From positions 9,300,001 through 9,364,000 of the forward strand of contig CP075496.1 of NCBI GenBank assembly GCA_021613535.1: a stretch of 64,000 bases of DNA, read 5' to 3'. Made by a program: the position numbers and the translations under genes. Shown piece by piece: positions 1 to 11,423 of this stretch. Numbering within the stretch: the first letter of the stretch is position 1; the number at the start of each line of letters is the position of its first letter. This stretch comes from Adineta vaga. Taxonomy: Eukaryota; Animalia; Rotifera. The notes beneath the pieces are model-generated. The model was given only the letters and a program-made list of their open reading frames with translations. It was not told the origin of the DNA and did not search any database.

Positions 1-415
1 AATCTGATAAATTTGTATTCAATATTTTTTTAAATGAAATAGATAGTTGTCTATAAAATACTTTGCTTCGGTCTGATTGAGAATGCAGAAAGAAAAATGA
101 TTAAATAACATAAAATGAACTTGAGTCTTGTACTAATTAGAGAATATCGAATAACTAGAGAGTCAAAGCATTAGAATCACATTTATCAATAGCAATCCTT
201 CATTTCAAGATCGAATACATTTTGATAACTGGAATGATAACCACTCAGACAATGTTATGAATAGAAACAATATTGTGATAATAATCATTTATTATTAACA
301 TTACTGTCGACTGTAATGATTTTTCTGATGTAATAAAAAATTATTATAAAAAAATTAAATAAAAGGGGAAAATCTAGGCTAGTTTAGGGCTGTTGAATAT
401 TCTGAACGAATTCCA

Positions 416-682
416 TTAAAATCCTCTATATTGATATCCATAGGAATTGAATGGTTGATAGCTGCTACCAAAGGTTTGACCAGAAAATGGATTTGAAATA
501 CCACTGAGATAATTGTCAAAACGTGGAGCAAATGGATCTAGAAGAAATTATTTATTATCAATTGCATATCAGTATCCTAACTTACTACTTAATCCATTTC
601 CATAGCTTTGACTGAACCAGTTATTTGATTGAAGATCACGTTGTTGAAGACCTCCGAAACCACTATAACCATTGTTCCACAT
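416..682 (-). CDS. Small low-complexity G/S/N/F/Y/Q-rich protein, 72 aa, 2 exons (682-586, 537-416)
   Basis: Manual translation: MWNNGYSGFGGLQQRDLQSNNWFSQSYGNGLSNPFAPRFDNYLSGISNPFSGQTFGSSYQPFNSYGYQYRGF*. A 48-nt GTAAG...TAG intron (585-538) keeps the frame. Not in the ORF track. Confidence 0.65.
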
Positions 683-792
683 GTTCTTGTAAATATCGTT
701 GAATAATATAAGTAATAGAAATATGTATGTATTGAATGAATAAATGATAGAAATTTTACAGTCTATTTATACATAAGATTTTCTGCTCGTCT

Positions 793-812
793 TCTCTCTC
801 TCTCTCTCTCTC
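793..812. repeat. (CT)n microsatellite
   Basis: Direct tctctctc run. Confidence 0.85.
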
Positions 813-1649
813 TTCTTATTATAAAACTAGAACGAGAAAGTGAGAAAAAAAAGAAAGTTAGTCAAGCATAGCTTGAGTTGAATAGATGTTCATGAGGTGA
901 ACTGCATATGACTTTTCTTGATAGCTGTATAAAAAATGTTCTTACATCTATGAACAAAAGATACATACCTTCGAACAATCATTTCTGTTGAATAAGAACG
1001 ATAAGAAAGAAAAAAACGTAATCAAGCATGACTTAAGCCCATATGAATATCATATGGTAGATTATACAATAGGAGGACCTTCTGAAGATGATAAATTTTC
1101 TCATGCATACTTTTGCCCCTGTCTTTTTTTTAGCTATATCTTCTCCTTGAGATTTTCATTTCACGCTCTGCTTATCATTATATTTGCACTCATTTGATCT
1201 CTATAACCTTGCGATTGATGGTCATTTTTTCCTATATTTTCTCTCTGAGAAAAACTTTTATATAGAGAAAATAGAATGCAGAATAATTATACAATGAAAT
1301 TCCTACCCAATACGTGCGTTTTATATTTATTTCATATGAGTACTATATGCAAGGGTGTAAATGGCAAACAAAACCTCAAATATACTGATAGATTATAACA
1401 CACAAATTTAAAATGAACATTGCTATTTCACATCTCATGATACCGGCGAAGAAAACGCGTAAAGTATGAATTATAATTGTCTTTTTTCATACATTCTATA
1501 TTGTAAACGAATTATGCACACTGTTGTTCTATAATCGTACGAAATTGAATAGTTCCAGCAGTGTCAACATAGAAACATATTTGAATGAGTTAATATGTGT
1601 GCTCTAATTATAGAACATGAAGCTATAAGATATACGATAAGCAAGTACG

Positions 1650-2682
1650 TTATTTATTTGCTGGTATCGACGGTCTTGTTGGTGTAGGACGTTGTATAAC
1701 AATTACTTGATTTGATTTCCACTTCTTGATGATGATGTTTCGAAGTTGTGGAGTCATCAAAATCATCACCAAACTTAATACTGCTAGAGCTACTTCGACA
1801 CCAAGATATGCTGCACGGTAACTTAATGGATGTTCAATACCAGTGATATAAAACATCAACATAAAAATTATTACTGGTAGTCCAGCCGCTATCAAAATAC
1901 CTATTTGAATAAATATTCGCTGAATCGCTCGAAAATCTCGTTGATGACTTCGATTTCGTGCTAACGATACAGCATTCCTTTGTTGACGAATAAACGTTGC
2001 AATATGAATAGATATAAGAGAGAGATAAACAAGAGGTGCACCATAGCTAATGAAAGCTGTCCAAAGAAATCCACGTGTTCGAGAGAATGGAACAAGACAC
2101 TGGTAATCATCAGGAGAATAGACAATATCATTCCAAATGAGAAGAGGAGATGCAATACCAAAGCTTAAGACGAGGTGAATAGGTGCAGAAATACTGTAAA
2201 CTCGAGAAAATTGAAGCCATCGATAGTATGTATAAACAATTCGAAAGAGACGATATAAAGCCTTTAGAAAAAATAATAAGATAAAAGTTTCAAAACAAAT
2301 TTCTTATGGTCGAATAATAAGATCTCGAAAAAATGATGTTAATTACCTGTGTAACGAATATGGCATATACGGCACAGCATAAGACACTGGATAAATAACT
2401 TCGAAATATACACCATGATGTATTGAAATTAGTGCCATAAACATCACCTAATAAAGTTTGAATATTGCATGTAAGTAAAACTATGACGTAGATAAGAATA
2501 AGTGCATAGATATTTGTCGAAAGTAACAGTATAATTTTCTCTTCTTTTCTGGATAGATGATAATATTGATGATGAATAAGAAGAAAACAAACTATTAATG
2601 AGATAATACATGTAAATGAACCAGAAATTGTAGAAATTATTGCGAGAATATGACCAATAGTTTTTTGATTGAATTCCATCAT
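1650..2682 (-). CDS. 7TM G-protein-coupled receptor (rhodopsin-like, lineage-specific), 2 exons (2682-2347, 2261-1650)
   Basis: ORF 2290-2769 supplies TM1-3 (WCIFRSYL). The splice CAG|GTAATT...TCTAAAG|GCT gives QALYRLFRIVY, which reads open into ORF 1650-1895 (TM6-7). Same pattern as the 17222 GPCR (QAIYRY). Confidence 0.85.
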
Positions 2683-3105
2683 ATTTAGATTATTATTTAT
2701 GAGATGAGATAGGAGAAAGCAGAATGCAAAATGCGAATCGACAAATAAGATGTCTTTTTTTTTGTTCATTTCATTAAGTATGATGATTATGTGAGAAACT
2801 CATTGCGTGAGTAGGTATTAAGCTATCTGCAATATGTTATACAAACAAATATAAAACATCGCGATGACAGTTATCCTCGCTAAGACTTGTGATTTAGGTA
2901 TGTAATAGTTATGAAATACTAAGAGTGCGTGCTTAAAGTGCGCTCTCTATTTCTTTTCATTGAGTTCATGCTGGACTTTCTCCATTTTTAAACATAGAGT
3001 TTTAACAATCATTTTATTTATAGTCATATGCTAATAAATAATTCTACACCCTCAAGTTAACTAATAAAACAAACTAGATATAACTTTATTGAATTTAAAT
3101 CAGCT

Positions 3106-4731
3106 TTAGATTTGTAGGGAAAATGTGTTTTTTTTGCCAATCGTATTTCGAAGTCGTTCTTTGCCATCATCCGATAAATTACATTTCTCTAAATAAAGAC
3201 ATCTTAAAGACTGATTTTCAGTTAATGTACTAATAATATCATCAATGCATTCATCTCCGATTAATGGATTTCGACTGAGGCTTAATGTTTTTAGACTTGA
3301 ATTTGGAATTTGCGCCAATGCGTTCATCAGTAATATTACACCTTGATGAGTTATTAGATTTTTATCTAAATTTAACTGGCTCAACATTTTCGGAGCACTG
3401 ATTAATACTTTTGTTAACGATGCGACACCTACATCCGTTATTTCATTATCAATAATAAATACTTTCAGAAGGGATCGATCGACAAGGCAATACATTATCG
3501 AATGTACATGTTCATCGCCCAATTTGTTATTCAGAAGGTAAAGTGTATGTAGCTGAGGACTGTTGGCTAGAGACTTTAGAAATACTTGAATAATTTCATC
3601 GGTAATTAACGTATTTGTACACTTGATTAATTTTGTTTCTATGTTCTCTGAAACTTGCGTACTATTGTCGAGCGAATGATGTGTTGATATATTCTTTTCC
3701 GACGAAAGATTATTTCTTTGCACTGCAGATGACTTTTCTGACCGAGTATTTAACATGGCTGGTGCTGATTCATAATGAGTCGTTATATCGCGATTTTCAT
3801 CAGAATTTATAAGAAATCCATGTGATGTTGTTGACTCGATTGAGATTGTTTCGTTGATAGCATCGAAGTATATTTCTTGATGGTGCGTTTCATTTTCTTG
3901 AACTACATCTAATAAAGCATCGGTATTTGTACTAGCATCTACAGTTAACAAGGATGGAGTAATTATTTCGAAAGTAGAAGAAATAGAATTGTCTGTCTTT
4001 AAGAAAGGAAACGGTGGTTCTATCTCTTTGATGTGAATTATCCATAAATCAGGACCTAAATTCAAACGATCAACAACAATAAAGCCACGCGCAGCAACAA
4101 GAAGGACTTCATCTTCTTTTTCATAATATGAATATTCTCGAATATCTTTTCCTGTAAACGAATCAATAATAAACAATGTACCAACACCTTTATCTCCTAA
4201 GAAAACATTTGATTGAAGAACACTAATGGATGTTGTGCATGAAGAGAAACCCCACCAAACGAATTGTTTATCCTTTGTATAGAAGTCACTCAAATTCTGC
4301 TTAACACCTCGATAGATTGTTCCACGATACGACGGTAAATGAGACAGTGCGGTAATAAATAATTTCAAATAGAGAAACCAACATTTGAGCTGATCACGTC
4401 TGTCCGGTGAACTGGAACGTAGAATTGAATTAAGTGTATAATACAAAGGTTTATCTTTAGAAGTACTGCTCATGGTATAGATGGTAATAGCTGCAGAAAG
4501 ATCTGCTGTGAGTTTAGTTGGTTGGTCTTTATAATTGACTTTGGCAATATAAACGTTTTCATTGATATTTGGAACGATATTCTTAATAGGTTGAACAGCT
4601 TCTTCTAATGAGACCAGAGGCATTTCTTCATAACCTCGAATTGGCAGTAGAAATTTGCTTGGTTCATCCACTAAGTCTGATAGACGTTCTCTATATGCTG
4701 TCTCATTCATAGTATCATTGTCGCCAGCCAT
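3106..4731 (-). CDS. NAD:arginine ADP-ribosyltransferase (R-S-E type ART) with C-terminal ribonuclease-inhibitor-like LRRs
   Basis: 541-aa ORF. ART motifs YRG, WWGFSSCT and EDEVLL; S/T/E-rich linker; LRRs such as LHTLYLLNNKLGDE, LSQLNLDKNLITHQG, LKTLSLSRNPLIGD and LRCLYLEKCNLSD. Confidence 0.9.
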   Translation of the reverse strand: MAGDNDTMNETAYRERLSDLVDEPSKFLLPIRGYEEMPLVSLEEAVQPIKNIVPNINENVYIAKVNYKDQPTKLTADLSAAITIYTMSSTSKDKPLYYTLNSILRSSSPDRRDQLKCWFLYLKLFITALSHLPSYRGTIYRGVKQNLSDFYTKDKQFVWWGFSSCTTSISVLQSNVFLGDKGVGTLFIIDSFTGKDIREYSYYEKEDEVLLVAARGFIVVDRLNLGPDLWIIHIKEIEPPFPFLKTDNSISSTFEIITPSLLTVDASTNTDALLDVVQENETHHQEIYFDAINETISIESTTSHGFLINSDENRDITTHYESAPAMLNTRSEKSSAVQRNNLSSEKNISTHHSLDNSTQVSENIETKLIKCTNTLITDEIIQVFLKSLANSPQLHTLYLLNNKLGDEHVHSIMYCLVDRSLLKVFIIDNEITDVGVASLTKVLISAPKMLSQLNLDKNLITHQGVILLMNALAQIPNSSLKTLSLSRNPLIGDECIDDIISTLTENQSLRCLYLEKCNLSDDGKERLRNTIGKKNTFSLQI

Positions 4732-5256
4732 TACTACTGTACTGTTGTATAAATTAACTGTAGAACTAAAACAATATTCTAAGAAAATAAATGCAGAAGT
4801 AATGCCTACAATATCTCTCTGAAAAATAAATTCTTCTCAATGTAAAACTTCTATTTCAGAAGGTAAAGCATCATAGAAATGTGAGTAAACATATTTTTTG
4901 AAAAGCATATGCGCCAATGGTTTTCAGAACGAAGCAATAAAAGCATTAATTTTGTCTTTCTTTGCCAAGACATACAAAACATTTTTGAATAAACACAAGA
5001 ATTATTAAAAAGAAAAATCGAAAATCATTCCTTTTGCCATATTAAAGATTGCTTCTTTGAAGAAAAGCAGATTTTTGAAACGCTGAAGTGTATACTATTT
5101 TCTGGTTAGAAACCACGATATAAAAGGAAGAAACTATAATTCATTCATGTGCTTAAGGACAATATTCGTCAAACAAACTTTAGACAATATCTGATTGTAA
5201 TACGTGACGTTCACACGATGACACATTATACATCATTTTAATTATTATTATTATTA

Positions 5257-6178
5257 CTAGCGGAGATACCCGCTGCAAAGAGGACAGAATTTATGTTTTC
5301 CATCGACAATAGTGGTCTTCGCATCACCCATCGGACCTCTCCGTTGGTATTTACCTGTAGTGTATTAAAAAATGCTCATACTCTCCTTTTCCGCCTTGCC
5401 TTAGCTAGTGTAATCCTTCAGGTCATCACTCAGCGCGTGTCTTTCTCCTCCGTACTGAGGCCCCTCCGATATCCCTTTTCACGTCATGCACCAGGTCTTT
5501 TTTTCCAGAACTTTTCGCACCTCCTCATTAGTTCTTTTCTACTGGTCTTCTCTCGCTATGCATACGACACGCAGCTCTGTTTTGTTAAATCCACTCCTAC
5601 TATCCCGCTGCAACTCCCACCCTTCGGTAGATCTGCCTATTCCCAGACGCCCGCTGCAAGACATTCTCTAGTTTATAAACTTTATTCCGACTCCACCACG
5701 GTAGAGTAGTCATTTCACTGCAGATTCCGTTTTTTTGAGAACCCAACCCACGCATTACAGTTGTCCATCTTTGATGCAGATACCCACATCCGATTTCTCA
5801 AAGTTCCAGAGGAAAACGTGGAACTGATAGTTTATCGACGCTGAATGAATTCTCATTAGCTCTCTTTCCTCCACTCGCCTCTCCGCCCCCCGCTTGAAGC
5901 TGGCAACCCCCTCTCGACCTTCCGTGGAACTCAGGGGAATCCCGTGAAACATTTAGTGTTGCCAGCTATCAGTGGGATCGAAAATTCCTATATGCCATCA
6001 CCTGGGTGAAATTTCACCCACGTCCCACCCCTATCGCTCGATGACCATTCTAATCCTACGTGGACCTTCCTCTGGACCTAGGGAAGCATTGTGGAAAGTT
6101 TGGTGATGTTAGCTATTACAACGGCTGCATGCATAGGGAATAGACAGACAAACATTCTTCTTTTTATATATAGATAGA
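5257..6178 (-). mobile_element. Non-autonomous Helitron (about 0.92 kb)
   Basis: Visibly GC-richer island. The minus strand starts A|TCTATCTATATATAAAAAG (5' TC at 6178 or 6174), followed by a TGTTTGTCTGTC tract. It ends GCAGCGGGTATCTCCGCTAG|T with a GC-rich hairpin and CTAG terminus. Inserted between A and T with no TSD. Confidence 0.85.
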
Positions 6179-6655
6179 TATCACAAAACAAGAAATAGAA
6201 GAGAGAATGCGAAAATGAATAGAAAAAATATGATATCAATTTTAAATTTTAAGGTAATAAAAGTAGACGACAATTATCTTATAAAATAGATATTATTTAC
6301 AGATAGAATATTTTTATGATCAGGTCAATGATTCCATGAAATATCACCATAACATTGTGCACAATGTACGTTTCATGATATCAACAACGGAAAGTATGTC
6401 AACTATCTTTTGTTGCTTATACTTGCATTGAGAAAAAGATTCTCTGATATTTTCTTTAACTTTCATGCTCGACAGCATTCGCACGGACTTCCCTATTCTA
6501 CTAGATTCCTATAATTTACTGCATATAAATCAATGGGATTAGACGACTCTTTTTATTTGTTATTTGTAACTTATCATTTATATTCTGTAATATTCTTGCG
6601 GATGTTTAAATTTATCAAACAGTATATTTCAAGTCTTTGACTCATTTGATCAATC

Positions 6656-7628
6656 TTATTTTTGATAATAAGCATTGAAGTGAATTCTTCGAGCATTCGT
6701 ATTTGATGAAAAATACGTAGGACACAGACAACGTTCAACTAAGAATGGAACAGATTCGAATGTTTGTTGAATCACTTGAAAATGTTGAGGTGCAAAGAAA
6801 AATACATGTGGCATTTGCACATACATTCTCATGAATGTTAAATTTTCCCATAAGGTCAGAAGTTCCAACCATTTTTCAGGATTTAAAAACAAACGATCAG
6901 ATGAAATAGTAGTACAATCTAATTCCAAATGTTCAATGTTTGTCGTACATCGTGCAAGAAAGTTCAAGTGTTCAAATTTTGTTGAATAGATTTTTAAAAT
7001 TAATTTCGATAAGTTTATCAAATCGTCAATAGGTTTGTAACTCAATTTATGATTACCATCACGACATCAGTATAAAAAAAATTTTAAAGATCGAAGTTGA
7101 CGTAAATATGAAAGAACATCATGGTAGAAATACGAGAATAATATTCCAGATTTAGAATCAATATATCAAGATATTCTAAGTTTGATGTACCTTGTTCCAG
7201 AATCTTAACACGATTAGGAGGAAAAAAAGGTATTCGACCATTCGATTGTGAAATCTTAATTTGACAATATTTTAAATGTGGAATGCCAAGAATAAAATCT
7301 ATAACAAATTCTTCGCATATTTGAATACAGTCAATAATCGACGACATGATAATTCTTGAGAATTATTGATTTATATCAAATGAAAATCATGACATTTCAA
7401 GCATTTCAATTGTTGTAAAGAAATAGTCATTTGAAGTGTATTAATATCGTTTTGATTATCCATCAATATGCAATGTAGTAATAAATGATGATCGATGAGT
7501 AATTGATTAAAATATCGATTTAAAATGAAGAATGATTGAGTTAATACATTCGCATCTAAGTATTCAAAGATTGATATATGTAGGTCACTGCTTAGATCTT
7601 CCAAAACAGTTTTTCTTGAAGATGACAT
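6656..7628 (-). pseudogene. Disrupted F-box/LRR-like gene
   Basis: F-box-like start LEDLSSDLHISIFEYLD...FFILNRYFNQLL, with LRR-like segments split over three ORFs (7371-7628, 7084-7347, 6656-7045). The breaks are frameshifts or stops, including an in-frame TGA near 7068, with no usable splice sites. Compare the intact paralog type at 57320. Confidence 0.7.
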
Positions 7629-8819
7629 TTGATAGAAAAGATATGTTGGATCAAAAGTTAACGATTATGTTATATCATGCATCATACATCATTGATACGA
7701 AAATATTTGATTTTTTTATAAAATATCAACTATTTACAAGACAGCATCGACAGATGTCGTTTGTTAAGATTGTCTTAATGTAATAATAATTGCGTATATA
7801 ATGAAAATGTGAATAAGTTCATGTCATCGTTCACATGCATACTTTATTTATGCTATTTCTTCTTGATTATAGTCTCTATAGTAACTAATGGACATACATT
7901 TCTTCTACTTTTTTTCAAACGTGATTGAAAAAGTGCATTTAAATGCTATTGACAACAAAAAGCATTATTGCGATTGCTTTTTCATAAATGGATAAGAAAC
8001 AATAGTTAATCGTCAACACATATGATTAAAAGTTTCTTATGTCATTCAGATATTCACTTTTGATTACCATTGAGAAGATCATTAGCTTTATACCAAATAC
8101 AGAATAACGTACACTTCGAAATGAAAATTAGTGTCGGATATTGCATGAAGAACTCTAGAAAATGAATTATACATTCCTTTCATTATATACAACTAAACTG
8201 AGCGAGGAATTTCATAATAGTTATCATGTGAACAAATGTTTATTCATGTGCGGGCAGATACTACTGGTGTACCGCCTTCGTAGAGCCAGTTTTGTTTTTG
8301 ATCATAATTTGAATTTGTACTATGAATATGTTTATCGTATCTGATCAGAAATACCACATTTCCTTGATATTCGATAGCGAAATATTTCTAATCAACTAAT
8401 TGTTGAGTTCTGCAGATGTAATCAGATTCAGGAACATTTCTAACAGATCAATATACTGAAATGATCCGCTGACATAATAGAGGTATGATAAAATTGACCA
8501 ATATTTTTTACAACGAGGTTGTGAAGCATATTTCTAGTGTTTTGTCAACGTTGTGGGGAGTATGCTTAAACAAAAAGAGCAGTACATCAACGTACTTTTA
8601 CTTTTGAAAATAAATGCACACATGCCATGTCATGTCATGATTATACACCTACGAAATTGAATTATAATAGAGTTTTTGTTTTACATTTCTTTCTTCTTAA
8701 AAAACAAGAGGCGTATCGAGGCTTTTCTTCTTATAGAAAACATGCTTCTTCTTTCTATACATCAATCTGACCTATAAAAGCTGTAAAGTTTTCTTCATAT
8801 TTTAGTCGACTAATCAAAT

Positions 8820-10193
8820 ATGTTCATTACTATTGTTATTTTATTCCTTTCATCTGGTACGGAATTAGTCAATAGCGCGGCAAGTAATTCGTTAGCTGAT
8901 TGTAATGCATTAGCTGCGAAATTTTCTTCGACATGTGGTGGTGTTGCTGTAGCAAGTATTACAGCTACAACCGGTACTAATGTTTCCTGTTCATCAGGTT
9001 TCACTGCTTTGACATGTCCTGGTACTATGTATGGTAGTACTTGTGTATTTCAACATAAATTATGTGTTACCTGTTCTGGAAGTTCAACTATTCGCATTCG
9101 TATTCAAACAAACGGATTGCCACGATTTTGTCCAAACGTACCAGCAACGATGAGTGAATTGAACATTGATTTTACAGTAAATTACAATCCGGATGTTAGT
9201 GTTAATTCACCAGTTCAAAGTGCAACCACTTCGTCCGCATTAAGTTCCCTTGTTTGTAATATTAATAGTGAAACATCGGTTCCATCAGGATCTAATTATA
9301 TATCGAGTAGTAATGCAGCAAGTATGGCTACATTGGCGGGTGTCAGTGTTGATGGTGTCACCATTTTAAATGTTAATAGTGCAAACAATGTCGATCCATT
9401 TTTTCCAACAGGAAGTTTTTCAGCAGAAACAGTCGACTCATGTTTTGGTCATCCAAATCCATCAAATAACGGATACCATTATCATATAGCATCAGGTTGT
9501 GCGTTAAATCCACCATCCGGTACTATAGCATCATGTGCAGCAACAAGTGCTTGTAATGCTAATGTGGCTAGCTATAGTATTACATCATTTTCATCGTATC
9601 GTACGTTAACCGTCATTGGAATTGCGAAAGATGGTCATATCATTTATGGACCTTATACATCAGCTGGAGTTGAAGTAAGATTAAGATGAAAATAAAGTTG
9701 TATCGTTTAATTTCTATTTTTATAGGTAACAAGTGGATTTGATATCTGTAATGGTATGTTTCATGATTCTATTGGCAACTATGGATACTTTGCTACTCGA
9801 ACATATCCATATATCACAGGATGTTTTGGACCTGGAAATTATCCAAATGCTACTCTCAATTGTACAACTAATGGACCAACGTCATATACAAAATCTATCT
9901 ATGCTCTAAACCAAACAACATCGAGTACTACAGCAAGCACAGCGAGTACAGCAAGTACAGCGAGTACAGCAAGCACGGCGAGTACAGCAAGCACGGCAAG
10001 CACGGCGAGCACAGCAAGTACCGCAAGCACGGCGAGCACAGCGAGTACAGCAAGCACGGCGACTACGTCAAGAACAGCGAGTACATCGGCAACGACTGCA
10101 TCAAATTCCAGACTATCCAATGGTAAAAGGTTATCATTCAATATCATAATGATAATATTCACGGCAGTATGCTTTTTAGTCTGGTTTGATTAA
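8820..10193 (+). CDS. Secreted/GPI-anchored YHYH-domain protein with Ser/Thr/Ala repeat stalk, 2 exons (8820-9674, 9726-10193)
   Basis: Signal peptide; motifs GVSVDGV, DSCFGHP, GYHYH, IGIAKDGHIIYGPY. A 51-nt intron 9675-9725 joins to FDICNG...YPYITGCFGP. Followed by (AST)n and a hydrophobic C-terminus. Confidence 0.88.
9922..10090 (+). repeat. Coding 9-bp tandem repeat (AST)n
   Basis: Degenerate gcaagcacg/gcgagtaca units encoding about 14 Ala-Ser-Thr repeats, with synonymous variation. Confidence 0.9.
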
Positions 10194-10928
10194 TTATGAC
10201 TTTCCGATTTTTTTCTCTTCTCAATGATCATTAATTCTTTTTTATAACCCTAAGTTTTTATTCGTTTTCAATAAACATTTACCCATAATGAAGTACCGAT
10301 CTCATATCTTGAGAAAGATTCCTTGAACATTGAAATGATTTCTTTCAAACAATTCAAACCATTTTTCAAATCGCGTCTTCGCGCAAGGTATCGTTCAGCT
10401 GTTCTTTTGTTTGACTTTATCTACAAGTACAAAAATGATGTTATTTGCTAGTAGAACAACAAAAGTATATTATCTTTTATTCTCCTATTCTTCTCAACAT
10501 TGCGTTGAAAAATTACATGTGCACAATATACACGCATTTACTTCTCTTGCATTACTGATATACTTTGATAACAGTTATTTGTTATGTTATTCAAATGATA
10601 AACTGGATTACTATTGTTTAATGCTCTAATGCACCAGAAAATGCTTTTTCTTTCTTAATTTTTCTTTATACCAATGATCAAAAACGTTGTTCTATTCTGC
10701 CCATAACGTCATATATCCGTATATCGAAAGAACGCGATGAGCTATCAAGGTATATAGCGAGTCATTAGTGTTGATAAACACAGGAAAAAAAACGTGGGAA
10801 CATGGGGATTTTATCGATATAAAATACTTTAACGATTGTTATATATACTCTTTTTTACTATTGTGATCACTTATTATATTTAAACGAAATCATTAGTTTA
10901 ATATTCAAAAAACTTGTCTCTATTTTTA

Positions 10929-11423
10929 ATGGAAGAGCAAATACTGAAGGATAATCAACACATATATACTTATTTACCTTATACACAAAAGGAAAAATCC
11001 TACTTACTCAAACCAAAATGTTGTTTGACGACATGGCAAAGTCAAATTCATCTGACTCAAAACAAACTTCATAATAGCAATGCAGTTGTTAATAAGGAAG
11101 AACAACGTTCAGTCGATATTAAGAAACATGGTGTTAGACATACTTGGTATCAAATTCGAGATCAATTGAAACAACGTGTATCTCAACGAGAAAATGCTTG
11201 GTATGAAAAATCAGAAAACTGTTTAGAAGAAGAAAAACGTTTGAATATTCTACAAAAAGAACTTCATTTTACCCAAACTTATATACAACAGCGTCAAAAT
11301 ACCAAACGAAAACCGTCGAAGACTATACAAATGACCAATAGACTATGGTATAGTGTTTCATTGAATGATATACCATCTCATTTCGACAAGGATACTTCCG
11401 AACAATGTTTCTCAAATGAATAG
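10929..11423 (+). CDS. Hypothetical protein (coiled-coil-like), model uncertain
   Basis: Open frame of about 165 codons from the ATG at 10929, charged and Q-rich; no recognisable motif. Confidence 0.4.
   Translation: MEEQILKDNQHIYTYLPYTQKEKSYLLKPKCCLTTWQSQIHLTQNKLHNSNAVVNKEEQRSVDIKKHGVRHTWYQIRDQLKQRVSQRENAWYEKSENCLEEEKRLNILQKELHFTQTYIQQRQNTKRKPSKTIQMTNRLWYSVSLNDIPSHFDKDTSEQCFSNE

Noticed and set aside
5293-5709. 138-aa ORF inside the Helitron with a faint FRLALA...FSH...VFSR resemblance to a helicase C-terminus
   Set aside because: It is antisense to the element and lacks the KSQGQ motif; more likely a by-product of higher GC.
9922-10090. Possible CRISPR-like or regulatory array
   Set aside because: 9-bp period with no unique spacers and only synonymous variation; it is a coding repeat in a eukaryotic gene.
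9899-10162. (VLA)n ORF on the minus strand
   Set aside because: Antisense shadow of the (AST)n coding repeat.
10270-10810. Possible decayed minus-strand gene (IKSNKRTAERYLARRRDLKNGL...)
   Set aside because: Short open stretch with multiple stops upstream and no recognisable motif.
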